From Octopus sinensis (lineage: Eukaryota): 64,000 nt of DNA. The notes under the pieces were generated by a model that did no database searches, was not told the origin of the DNA, and saw only the letters and a program-made list of their open reading frames with translations. Below, in pieces: positions 23,801 to 36,052 of the stretch. The DNA lies in the NCBI RefSeq assembly GCF_006345805.1, contig NC_043012.1, forward strand, positions 36,332,001 through 36,396,000. Direction: 5' to 3'. The translations under genes and the position numbers were made by a program. The number at the start of each line of letters is the position of its first letter. The stretch's first letter is position 1.

Positions 23801-26800
23801 GTGCTGTTTTAGGTGCCAGTGTACGATGTGCAACACTGGTGCACATGCCCCCAGACGCTGCCTGCAAATTACAAAATGCTGTACACAAAGCTAACCGGCC
23901 TTGGACTGTGTTTACCGTGTCAAACGATGTCGTTAAGGTGTCAAACAGTTCACGCTTGGTTAACTATCTGGGGCAAGCTTTGATATACAAGACTATAAAA
24001 ACCACTGCCTCGTGACAACCGTCCCAAACCGACCACAATGTCACGCACATGCCAGGGTGGCAGTCATTGACCTGAGAGTGGAAGGAAGAGGAGGCGATTG
24101 AGATGCTTTGTCTAATTTACTTGCAAAGGCCGAACGCTCGACCTGTTCTGGTTTCGTTCTGTTTATTTAATATGGGAGACACACAAAGGGTTAAATGTGT
24201 TTAAAAAGATTTAGACTTAAGATTTTAAGTCCATGGTTTCCAGCGTTTTATTTAAGCAGTGTATCTTTTTAGCTGCGGTCATGCTGGGGCACCACCTTGA
24301 ATTTCTCAGTTGAATGAATCGGCTCCAGTGCTTTTTTTTTAAAGCCTCTTTTGCTGAACCGCTAAGTTACGCGGACGTAAACACACCAACACTGGTTGTC
24401 AAGTGGCGGTAACAAACGCAGACACAAGTACATACGTACGTACACACCTATACGATAGGCTTCTTTCAGGTTCCGTCTACCAAATCCACTGAGAGGGCTT
24501 TGGTCAGCTCGAGGAGACACTTGACGAAGATGCCACGCAATGAGACTGAAGCAAGTACCAAGTGTTTGGCAAACCTGCTTCTTGCGACACGGCTCTTCCT
24601 GCGCCTACTGAAGAGGCTGCATGAACCAAAGTCATTTTTTTTAAGATAAGGGCAGCAGTTCCTCATTTTATTTATTGACACCCTGGAGAAAATTCTTTCT
24701 AATATTGACCTAAGACTAGTAACTCTGAGGGGAGGGGGAAGTTGACAACATTGAAACCTGTACTTAACTAGTAGGAGGAAAAGCCGAACTTGGAATCTGA
24801 AGAAATGCCCCTAAGACTTTCATCCAACATGCCAGCTTGCTGCCTTAAAATAATTTTTGTCAGAGGTATCTGAGTGGGACTTTCTGGATAGTCATTGGCA
24901 GGATACGAAGTCCAACCAACAATAACCTATTATCCTGTGAAGCATCTTGGTACCAAAGGAGTCCAGGTGACTCCTAAGGCCCCAAACAGTCAGGGAGGAC
25001 CTAAGACCTTTGCATAATTCAAAAGCACCAGCTCACAATGTTTGGTCATGTTGCTTGATTTTTTTTTCCAAGTTAGTCTCTGCTCACTGAGGATCCAGGT
25101 GGGCTGACAGCTTGTGTTGGTTGATCGCAAAAACATGGTGACTAACCAGGACATTTTTGTTTAAAGGTTTGCCTGTGCCCCACCCCACACCTGACCTGAT
25201 AGGTATCAGATAAGGGGGACATTACAAGGACAGTTTGCAATTTGTATGGGGGGTGGGGTTACATAAATGATGAGTGGGAGAGGAGGGTAAATGAAATAAA
25301 GGGTATAGATGGTATACAAAATATGTGAACATGTTTATGATGTAATCCTTCTGATACAAAAGAACCTTCAACCAGGGCCAAGCACGGAAACCCCACCACC
25401 AAGGGTGTAACCCCCACCCAACTATTCTTCAATAGTAGTAATAATAATAATGACACACATAACACGGGACAGTTTGACTCATTTGTTTTCTGTTCTGTTA
25501 TTAATTGTAATATTTATTCCCATTATTTTGAATTAATTCTGCATTATCTTGTAGCTTTGAGATTTCAATGATTTGGTTGATTTTTTTTTTTTTTTTTACA
25601 TATATCTGGTTGATTTATTTAGGCATAGTCTATCAAGGACTACATTATCTACTGTGTCCTTTTTTTCAAAATGTTTCATAGGATTATATTGGTTAATCTG
25701 TGCTAAAGGCCAGATCTTTTCTTTCTGGTTTAACTAGGAACACAGTGAAAGCCTGAAATAACTTTGTGTTTAATCACAAACGTGTCAAGATAACTGCCTT
25801 CTTTTGACTCAGCACAGAGATTCTCCATTTTAAGAGAGAAGAAAATATGTTATGATGTTGATGCTTTCCTTGGTAGCATGAATTTCAGGTTCTTTAGAAT
25901 TGAAACTATATCATAGGTTCTTTGAAACTTTTATTTCATCTCACACATAGCTTTACTGTAGTTAGAGAATCCTTTCTCACTAAGTTTTGAGTGCAAAACT
26001 ACCCACCTTTCCCCTCAATTGAGAGGTGCTAGTTTTATGAGTTTGTGGGTGCTGGTGCCACATGCAGAGCACCCCATACTGGTGTTGCATAAAACTCCTC
26101 CAGTACACTCTGTAAACTTTGTTGCATTAGGCAGGGCATCCAGCCATGGCAACCATGTCAGAACAGACAGTGGAACCTGGTATAGCTCTCTCTCTCTCTG
26201 GCTGGCCAGCTCCTTATCAAACCGTCCAACCCATGCCAGCAAAGCAAACGGACATTCAGTGATGGAATGCATTTTATTGCAAGCGTTTAGGTTTAATCAC
26301 TGGGTTAAAGTTTATTTCTGTCTTCTAGTCTTTGAGTGTTGAGTCAGGAGCATTGATCTTTGACCTGTGACTAAATTAATGTGAAACAAATAGGCTTTTT
26401 GAAGGTATAGCAAGAAGACAAGACAATGCCATCATCCCGTTTTCAAACTAGACTCTATATTGCCTCGTATTGTGTAGGTAAGGCAGATTATTTCATGTAT
26501 GTCTGCTTACCTGGGATTAAGTAGTATCACCCTTGTGTCTCATGTGATTCGGTTGGATTTGCAGTTCGTGTGTTTCCAGGTTCAATCACACCCCTCAACA
26601 CTTTGTGCAGCTACCATGGCCGAACTTTGGTAAGCGGAACATTGTGCAAAAGCCTGTCATATCTATATTCTTTGGGTCTGTTATTCTTTTACATTGCTTC
26701 AGTCATTTGGCTGTGGCCATGCTGGGGCACCGCTTTAAAGGGTTTTAGTCGAACAAATCGACCCTAAGACTTATTCTTTGTAAGTAAGCCTAGTACTTGT

Positions 26801-29800
26801 TTTATCGGTCTCTTTTGCCGAAATGCTAAGTTACGGCGACATAAACACACCAGCATCGGTTGCAATTTCCGCCTACAAAATCCACTCAGCCCGAGTAAAT
26901 AGTAGAAGACACTTGCCCAACGTGCCACACAGTGGGACTGAACCCAGGACCATGTAGTTGGGAAGCAAGCTTTTCACCACACAGCTACGCCTTACGCATT
27001 AAAAAATTTAGCGAAAACCACAATTTAAGATAAAGTACTTAATATTTTGTGTGTGTATTCGTCAGCTGCGAGAATTGGTAGATTGAAATAAAAATGTGCA
27101 ATTCTTGTCTCACTGAGTTGTCTCCCCTTAGACCATTGTCCTTGACATTTCGTCTCCTAAACGACAGAGAAGATACTGCGATCGGCAATATTGACTAAAA
27201 CCCCTTCAGAATTGATTCTCTGCCATGACCCCTAGACCAATGACTGTAACCAGCAAAAGAAGAAAGAAATCTACCTGTTTTGCAGCATGTCTGTAAGAGC
27301 TGTCCTGTTCCGTGCAGCCTTACCAAAAGATGTCCCTCCATTCAAGTCTCAGACGAAAGTTTTCTATTTTTAAACTCGGTCACCCGATGGGTCAAGTTGA
27401 CCTTTCGGCTGCTGGGGCGAGGATAACAGCATGAGCCTAGTAGACGGGTCTACTGTAGTAATTGGTACCACCCTCTGGAGTAAAGTAGGGAGAAATTATA
27501 TTTGGTTACTAGAGACAATAGGGGAGGGGGGTGAGGTGTTTTAATTAAAACTAATTTTCAGAAAATATTTAATTCCTATGTTAGTTGTTTCAGTCAGTTT
27601 GACTACGGCTATGCTGGAGCACCACCTTTAGTCAAAGAAATCGACTCCAGGACTTATTCTTTGTAACCCTTATACTTGTTCTATTGGTCTCTATTTGCTG
27701 AACCACTAAGTTATGGGGACGTAAACACACCAACACCAGTTGTCAAGCGATGTTGGGGGGACAAATACACAAATCGTCTACCAAATCCACTCTCAAGCTT
27801 TTGGTCAGCCCAAGGCTATAGTTGAAGACACTTGCCCAAGGTGCCATGCAGTGGGACTGAACCCAGAACCATGTGGTTGGGAAGCAAGGTTCTTGCCACA
27901 CAGCCACTCCTGTGCCTATGTAAACCATCTGTTGATATTAGCGGTCAAAATTCCATAATTCTTTCTACAATAGGCACAAGGTTTGAAATCTTTTAGAGGA
28001 TGGGGTGGGGGCTAGTTAATTACATCAACCCCAAGTACTCAACTGGTACTTATAAATCCTGAAAGGATGAAAGGCAAAGTTAACCTTGGTGGGATTTGAA
28101 CCTGGAACCTAGTGGCACATGAAATGCTGCTAATCATTTTACCCAGTGCTAACAATTCTACCTGCTCAATGCCGTAATAATAATTTCTGTTTTAGGCACA
28201 AGGCCTGAAATTTTAAGGGAGTCTAGTCACTTACATCATCCACCAATACTCAACTGGTTCTTATTTCATCGATCCTGATAAGATGAAAGGCAAAGTCCAT
28301 CTTTGTGGCATTTAAACTCAGATGTAAAGACAGACAATAATGACACCAAGTGTTTTTGTCTGAGGTGAGGCTGACAGTTCTGCCAGCTCATTGCCTTTTC
28401 AACATTTCATAATAATGAAATGACTTTTGTACAAATAGTCTTTTAATAGTGACCACCCTGTTGGCAGTAATTTATTTTAATGATATATTTAATGTTGCAC
28501 AGGCATGGCCCTGTGGTTAAGACCTTTGCTTCCCGACCACAGTTTCAGGGTCAATCTCACTGCAAGGAACCTTGGGCGAGTGTCTTCTATGATAGCCCCA
28601 AGCTAGTGTAGAAACCTTGTGACTAGATTTGGTACATGGTAACTGAAAGAGGCCCCCGTCATGTTTGTACTGCTAGGGTTTCCTTGTTTTGACATCGTGT
28701 GATAGTTGTAAATGAGTGTCACTGTCATACAAGCAGTGTCGTTTGTCTCCAATCTGCTATGAAAACATGTCTGACCATGGAGAATTTTAGCTTGCTTGGA
28801 AACAAATGAGGATCGGGATAAGGGCCTGCACCCATTAAAAAAAAAAAAAACTGCCTCATCAAATTCTATGTGGCCCATGCAGGCATAGGAAAATAGAAGT
28901 TAAAAACAAGTGGAGACTTAGTGGTCAGGATGTTGACTCACAATCGTAAGATTGTGGTTTCAATTCCTGAACTGGGCGACACATTGTGTTCTTGAACAAA
29001 ACACTTCTTTACACGTTGCTCCAGTCCACTCAGCTGGCAAAAATAAGGAATCCTGTGACAGACTAGTGTCCCGTCCAGTGGTGGGGGAAAGAAATATGAA
29101 ACTGGCCCCGATGTGTCTATATTGATTGAAGAAGGAACTTTACTCTTTTCACTTTGAAAGAAAATGTGAGCAACAGTTAAAAGAAAGAGAAAGACTGGTC
29201 TACGAGACGACAGATATCAAACGAGTGTCCTTACTTGGGAAGAACTGCAGAATAGCAAGCATCACCAATAACCTGGAGGTCACAGCTGCAACTGGCTCCA
29301 TCAACTTCAAACAATAAAACCTCTATGGTGACTTGTTTATTAGGACAAAAACCAATAAACAACAATGTTATCTCCAAAGGAAATTTCCTCTTAGCTCTTA
29401 TTTCCAACTTCATCCGGACCAATCCTAAATTTCTTCCTTAAAATGTTTCCTTGTGTTTTGTTTTCCTTAACATCAGCCACTAACTCCGAAATCAGTGGTT
29501 CTCCTTTTCTTTTAACCTATGGACCCCTTTAATTCCTATTTTACTCTGCTGGACGATCCATAGCCATTTGATGTATATCAGAAAAATCCTGTTATGTTTT
29601 TATGATTCGAGGAATTTTTTAAAAAAATTGAAATATTTTGTGCATTGTAAAAATATAACCAATTTATTGCAGATGAATTTTAACAAAATCTTGCCTGGAC
29701 CCTGGTTGAGACCCATTATTTTAAACTGTCAATTTTTCTAACATAAGCACCAGGTTGCAAATTTGAGGGAGACTGGCATCCGTGCTAGCAGGGTGCAAAG

Positions 29801-31013
29801 AGCACCATACGAGCGTGATCACTAACAGAGCGGCTAACCGGCTTCCATGCCAGTGGAACTTAAAAGGCACCATTCAAGCATGATCGTTACCAGCGTCACC
29901 TTATTGGCATTTGTGCCCCGTGTTAGTAGGGTGCCAAGAGCACCATCCAAGCGTGATTGTTGCTAGAGCAGCCAACTGGCTTCCATGCTGGTGACACCAT
30001 TCGAGCATGATCGTTACCAACGTCGCCTTACTGGCACCTGTGCTGGTAGCATGTGTAAAAAGATTCGAGTGAGGTCGTTGCCAGTACCGCCTGATTGGCC
30101 CCCCCATGCTGGTGGCACATAAAAAGCACCCACTACACTCTCAGAGTGGTTGGCGTTAGGAAGGGCATCCAGCTGTAGAAACTCTGCCAAATCAAGATTG
30201 GAGCCTGGTGCAGCCATCTGGTTCACCAGTCCTTGGTCAAAATCGTCCAACCCATGCTAGCATGGAAAGCAGACATTAAACGATGATGGTTCCCAGGTTC
30301 AGTCCCACTGTGTGGCACCTTGGGCATCCAGTCATAGAAAATCTGCCAAAACAAACAACTGGAACTTGGTGTAGCTCTCCAGTTTCTGTCAAACTACCCA
30401 ATCCATCCAAGCAAAGATAGAAAATGGATACTAAATGATGATTTACATTAAGGGTGCACAGGCATGGCTGTGTGGTAAGAAGCTTGCTTCCCAACCACAT
30501 GGTTCCAGGTTCAGTTTCACTGTATGGCACCTTGGGCAAGTGTCTACTATAGCTTCACCTCAACCACAGCCTGGTGAGCAGAATGTGTGAATGGAAACTG
30601 AAAGGAGACCCTCGTGTGTATGTGTTCCTTGCCACCACTTGGTAACTGGTGTCGGTGTGTTTACGTTCCTGTAACTTAGCGGTTTGGCAAAAGAGACCTG
30701 TAGAACAAGTACCAGGCTTAAAAAGTTTGACTAAAAGTGCTCCAGCATGGCTGCAGTCTGAGTGAAAAAGTAAAAGATAAACACAATATTTAATATTTTA
30801 ATTCATTTAAAAATAACAATTCAAAACTTCAATTTTTTCCCCCCAGAGTTATTCAACAAAAAAAATGGTCTATTCAAACTTTTTTTTTCTTTTTCGTATA
30901 TATATAAATATTTAAAAGTTGAGGTAAAGAAATTAAATGGATTAATGGATTGCCGCTTTGAAAGCTTGAACAGCAGCGAGGGCAGCTAGGTCTTCGTGGA
31001 CGATTTGTGTGGG

Positions 31014-31251
31014 TTACTGTATCTTCTTTTTGGGTCTAAACACGCTAAGGATCTGTTGTAAGACTTCTGTGAAGACTAGAGTACCACCAAACACCAAGGT
31101 CGCACCGAGCCAATGCAGTGTAGTGAAGGGGTTCTGAAAGTACCAAATGCTGAAAAGGAGACTTGCAAATTTCCTCAGTGTTACGACTAGAGTCACTGTG
31201 AGAGAAGTACATTCTGTGGTGAGAATGAACACACTACGGATGCATACATAT
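31014..31251 (-). CDS. SLC35B4: SLC35B4 terminal exon 10 (YVCIRSVFILTTECTSLTVTLVVTLRKF...RPKKKIQ*)
   Basis: ccccag acceptor and TAA at 31016-31014; near-identical to recalled YVCIRGVFILTTECASLTVTLVVTLRKF. Confidence 0.96.
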
Positions 31252-33082
31252 CTGGGGAAAAAGGATAAGGAAAAATAGATGGGGTTTTTTTTTTGGTTTT
31301 TTTTTTTTTTACATGTTTTTTTTTGTTTGTCCCCCCTATCCTCCATCATTGTGTATCAACTTGTGTTTTGGCCCTACATCTTACATACACAGCAACAGTT
31401 CTAACCCAACAATTTTTGTTGTTTTGATGTAGTTTTAATAGCTGGATGCCCTTCACTTATTACCAACTACAGGACGTATTTCATCTTGTCACTCTGACAG
31501 GACTAAAAGCTCTTATCTGCCCTGTATTGACATTAGTAATAACAGGTTTCAACAGAATTTGAAATTAGAATCTGTTTATTTCTGAAAAGAAGCTGCAAGA
31601 AATGCTGTTTAGCATTTTGCCCAATAATACTGATTCTACCAGCTCACTGCCATAATAAATCCTTTCTCCTAATGGCATAAGGCTTGAAATTTTGGTGGTG
31701 GGGTGACTGGTCAATTACATCAACCCCAGTACTTTACTGGTATTTTATTTCATCAACCCACGGATGAATGAAAAGCAAAGTTGACCTTAATGGGATTTGA
31801 ACACACAATGTTAAGATCTGGAATAAGTAACACAAGGCATTTTGCCCAACTTAATTCTTTCTAGGTTAGGCACAATACCTGAATTTTGGGGGTCGGGGGG
31901 TTAGTTGATTACATCAACCTGCCCCCTATTTATTTTATTGATCCCAAAAAGATGAAAGGCAAAGCTGACCTCAGCAGAATTTGAACTCAGACTGTAATGG
32001 CAGACAAAATGCTTAGCTGCAGTTTGTCTGGTATGCTGACAATTCAGTCAGCTTGTTACCTTGCCTTAATAATAATCCTTTCTACTATAGGCACAAGGCC
32101 TAAAATTTTGGGAGAAGGGACCAGTTGATAACATTGACCCCAGTGTGTAACTGGTAATTAATTTATTTGAACTCAGAACGTGAAAACAGACGAAATATCA
32201 TTAAGCATTTCACCTAGTGTGCTAACAAATAATAATGATAATCCTTTCTACTAAAGACACAGGGCCTGAAATATTGTGGGAGGGGATAAGTTGATTACGT
32301 CGACACCAGTGCGTAACTGGTACTTAATTTATCAACCCAGAAAGGATGAAAGGCAAAGTCACCCTTGGCAGAATTTGAACTTAGAATATAAAGATGAACA
32401 AAATACTTCAAAGCATTTCGCCTGGCGTGCTAACAATTCTACCAGCTCGCCCCCTTAATAACAATAATAATAAAAATAATTAGTAGGAGGTGAATGTTGT
32501 GGTATTGTTTTGTATAGTTTTCAATCTGTGCTTCTACAGAAACCTTATTCAATGGATTAACATGATCTACATGGACATACTGTGCAAAATTCCTATTACT
32601 GGAATAATCCAGCTCACTTAGATCTAATCCTTAGAAACCTGTTAATATAAATTTTTGTATTGAGTGGGCAAGATGTTCAGGTCAGTCTGCTGTTATTAAT
32701 TAGAGACAGGAGACTCATCTTAACTAATTGAGATTATTAACTAATGTAACACAAATCATTGAAGTTAATTAGTAATCAATGTAATACACTTAATTGAGAT
32801 TAATTACAAGAAAATCAATTTTGGTTAATTACTAATCTAATATATTAAATGCTATTAAGGTTAATTGCTAACTAGTGTAACATATGAAGTTGTTACTAAA
32901 GCACTGTGATTAGATGGGATTAAGTATATGGATGAGAGAGAGAGTTTGATAAAGGACTGAGTGAGTGAGGGAGGGTTGTATGTGGTGGGTCTCCTTCCAA
33001 CCCATGCCAGCATGGAAAAACATGTAAAACAAATGAATGAAAATGGTGATGAGTGGGCTTTGATGGTTGAAGAAAAGGATAC

Positions 33083-33155
33083 TGTGTCAAAACATTTCCC
33101 AGCAAAAACAACCACATTTTGGGGATGCCGAAATTCAAAACGGAAACAAGTTGAT
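33083..33155 (-). CDS. SLC35B4: SLC35B4 exon 9 (DQLVSVLNFGIPKMWLFLLGNVLTQ)
   Basis: Long pyrimidine tract plus cag acceptor, gtatcc donor; 73 nt, phase 1/2; MW..LL.N..TQ motif. Confidence 0.88.
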
Positions 33156-35133
33156 CTGTGGGAAAGGAAGAAAGAAAAAGGTAAGTTTAGGAATGACATT
33201 GGTTTAAGGAGGCTCAAAGCGTTTTCGATGCTCCCGACGATACTTTAGGCGGTGCACTCGTACCCACTGCACCTGAGCCTAATTTAGTGTCTTTCAGGAG
33301 GAAATTAAATATTTAAAAAAAAAAACATGAATTTACAAATGTCTGTTGCTTTTAAGTTAGCAATGATTTAACAGATCTATGATCAGAGGCGTTCCAGATA
33401 TGGCCATCCTGTCTTTTTGTGTATCCAACACTATACTGTCCAATAGATAATCTTTTTCAAGTAAGATACAATTTGAGGGATTTAGCTATATATTTTATCC
33501 AGTCAAGCTCCCTCATTTTCATAAAATGTCTTAATTGTAAACTGTTTAATTCAAATAAGATGCCAAAGTTATTCTACATTCTTTACTGTTATCAGTAATT
33601 GGACTGTGGCCAAACTGGGACACCACATTCAGGGGTTTCACTCACATTAACCCCAGGAGTTAATGATTTGATTAACAGCCATCAATAAAATGTTTGACAA
33701 AGGGACGTAACTCAACTCACCAGTTGACATTGTCAAGCGCGGGGGAGGGGATGGACGCACACACAGTAGTGTTCCTAGATTGGGTGGTGGATTTCTATCA
33801 TTTTATGATGAGCATTCGTTTGATCAACTGAATTAATGTGTAATAGTGGTGGCAGCGTATTCCACAGACATCTTTTTATCTTTTCAGCCATGCTGGAAAA
33901 TCACCTTGGAGAATTTCTAGTTGAATGAACCAACCTAGTACTTTCTTTTTGTTTTTGTTAAGCCTAGCACGTACTCTGTTGACCTATTTTACCAAACCGC
34001 TAAGTTATGAGGGAGGATGTAAACACACTAACACCAGTTGTCAAGCGGTAAGGCCGGGGACACACACAACGTGCTTCTTTCAGTTTTCATCTACCAAAGT
34101 CAACCCAAGGCTATAGTAGAAGATATTTGGCCAAAGTGCTACACAGTGGGACTGAACCTGGAAGTGTCCATTTTCTATGCTGGCATGGATGGATTAGACA
34201 TTTCAACAGGGACTGTAGAGCTACACCAGGTTCCAGTTGTCTGTTTTGGCAGGTTTTCTATGACTGGTTCCTCTTCCTAATGCCAACCACTTTACCGAAT
34301 GGACTGGGTGCATTTTATGTGGTGCCAGCACAGGTGCTTTAAATGTGCTTTTAAAATCAAATTGACCGACTGGTGTGACAAAGCTGCACCTGTTGTATTA
34401 CAGGTACAATTCTTTGCCAGCCTTTGTCTACCCAAGTCCACAACCAAAGTATGGTTCAACTTGAGACTATCGTAATGTGACAATTGCCTGAGATACCATA
34501 CAATGGAATTGAACCTGGAGCCATGTGGTTGTGAAGCATACCCCCCCAACCATTCAATGTACTGCACCTCTACATTAAATGCATATTTGCTAATTAAATT
34601 TTCTTTCCTTCCTTTATTAACTAAATTATAAATTGGTGCAAACATGGCTGTGTGGTTAAGAAGCTTGTTTTATAATCCTGTAGTTTAGGGTTCGGTCCCA
34701 TAGTGCAGCACCTTGGGCACGTGGCTTCTACTGTAGCTTAGGGACAACCAATGCTTTAGGAGTGAATTCTCTGTGCATTTGTTGGTTTGTTTGCATTCCC
34801 ATAACTAAGCGTTTCAGCCAAAGAGACGAACACAATAGTATGAGACTGAAAAAAAGTAAGTACTATGGTTAATTTGTTTAACTAAACCTTTTAAGGTGGT
34901 GCCCCAGCATGGCCGCTGTCCAATGAGCGAAACTAGTAAAAGGTGAGTAGCCAAGAGGAAAGTCTTGGTTAATTCTGGTTAAGAAAGGCGAAGGGCCATG
35001 GAGTGAATCACTTCTTTGATAACTATCATGACATTTCAAATCATTCTACTGTAACAGGTTTTACAGTTCTATATTTAAGAGATGAGGAATTATGTACATT
35101 AGACAGATATTAGTTCTCATCTTGTTTGTTGTT

Positions 35134-35179
35134 AACACAACATTTTGGCTGATATACCCTCCAGCCTTCATCAGGTGTC
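35134..35179 (-). ncRNA. Degenerate hammerhead ribozyme motif, inverted copy (G12>A)
   Basis: Reverse complement reads GACAC-CUGAUGA-A-GGCUG...CAGCC-[A]AAA-UGUU-GUGUU; the changes are CpG-type transitions. Confidence 0.68.
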
Positions 35180-35411
35180 TTGGGGAAATTTCGAACCTGG
35201 GTTCTCATTCCTAAGGTATTTTTCGATATTATTATTCAGGTCACTGCCTAGAATCGAACTCAGAATCTTGGGGTTAGTAGCCTGAGGGCATAGTGGTTAA
35301 GAGCACGGGCTACTAAACCCCAAGATTCCAAGTTCAATTCCAGGCAGTGACCTAAATAATAATATAATAAAATACCTTAGTAATGAGAACCCAGGTTTTA
35401 AATTTCCCCAA

Positions 35412-35457
35412 GACACCTGATGAAGGCTGGAGGGTATATCAGCCTAAACGTTGTGTT
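35412..35457 (+). ncRNA. Degenerate type I minimal hammerhead ribozyme motif (G12>U)
   Basis: GACAC-CUGAUGA-A-GGCUG(10 nt)CAGCC-[U]AAA-CGUU-GUGUU. Stems I and II pair, stem III is palindromic AACGUU, and the core G12 is mutated. Confidence 0.7.
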
Positions 35458-35840
35458 AATAACAAACAAGATGAGGACAAATATCTGTCAAATGTAAATA
35501 ATGTAACAGGTTTAACCAAGTGTGAAGAGGAAATGTATATTTAAAAAAAACCCCAATAAGTACAAATGAAACTTAAACCGTTGATATAAAGCATAGGATC
35601 CAGTATCAAGTGATGTAGCATAGGATTTTAGCCCCTTCTTTTGATCTGCAGTTGTTTGTGTTTCATCTAGCTTCTTGTATATCACAATGTTGCCAGGAGC
35701 CGAGAGTATTGAATATTATCTGAGCATGACAAAGGAGATCATTCTTGGCCACTAATATCTGAGATGCTGAAGGAGCTTTTATGTAGTCACTTGATCTGCT
35801 AGAAATAACAAACAAATCTCTCTCAAACTACACTCTACAT

Positions 35841-36052
35841 TAGTCCTCAACCAGGGTCCACCTAAAATTTATGTGCAATAAATTGGTTAAATCTCTAAAA
35901 TGCACAAAATATTTTAGTATTAGGAATGGTATGAAAAAAAATACTATTTAATCCTAAAAATATAGGACTTTTAAAAAGGCTGAATGGCTACTGGGCGTCC
36001 GGTAGAATTAAATAGGGATCCACAGGTAAAAAATGGTTGAAAACCACTACTC
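35841..36052. mobile_element. Decayed hAT-like MITE
   Basis: Imperfect TIRs tagtcctcaacc / ggttgaaaaccacta; similar elements at about 29490-29720 and 57680-57935. Confidence 0.45.

Larger units (their letters stand above)
35062..35501. mobile_element. Inverted dimer of a tRNA-head, hammerhead-tail short retroelement, flanked by a 12-bp direct repeat
   Basis: Left arm about 35062-35282 is the reverse complement of right arm about 35304-35501; tgtaacaggttt at 35050-35061 and 35502-35513; A-box-like and B-box-like motifs at about 35287-35342. Confidence 0.8.

Noticed and set aside
32581-32640. Minus-strand IPVIGI peptide resembling human SLC35B4 exon 9 (EIPVIGV)
   Set aside because: Wrong phase relative to the nearby donor and a stop follows; the exon at 33083-33155 has proper splice sites and the MW...TQ motif.
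35284-35350. tRNA gene candidates at SINE heads (also 2531, 6414, 13677, 38632)
   Set aside because: A/B boxes are present but there is no complete acceptor stem, and each runs into repeat body; these are SINE heads.
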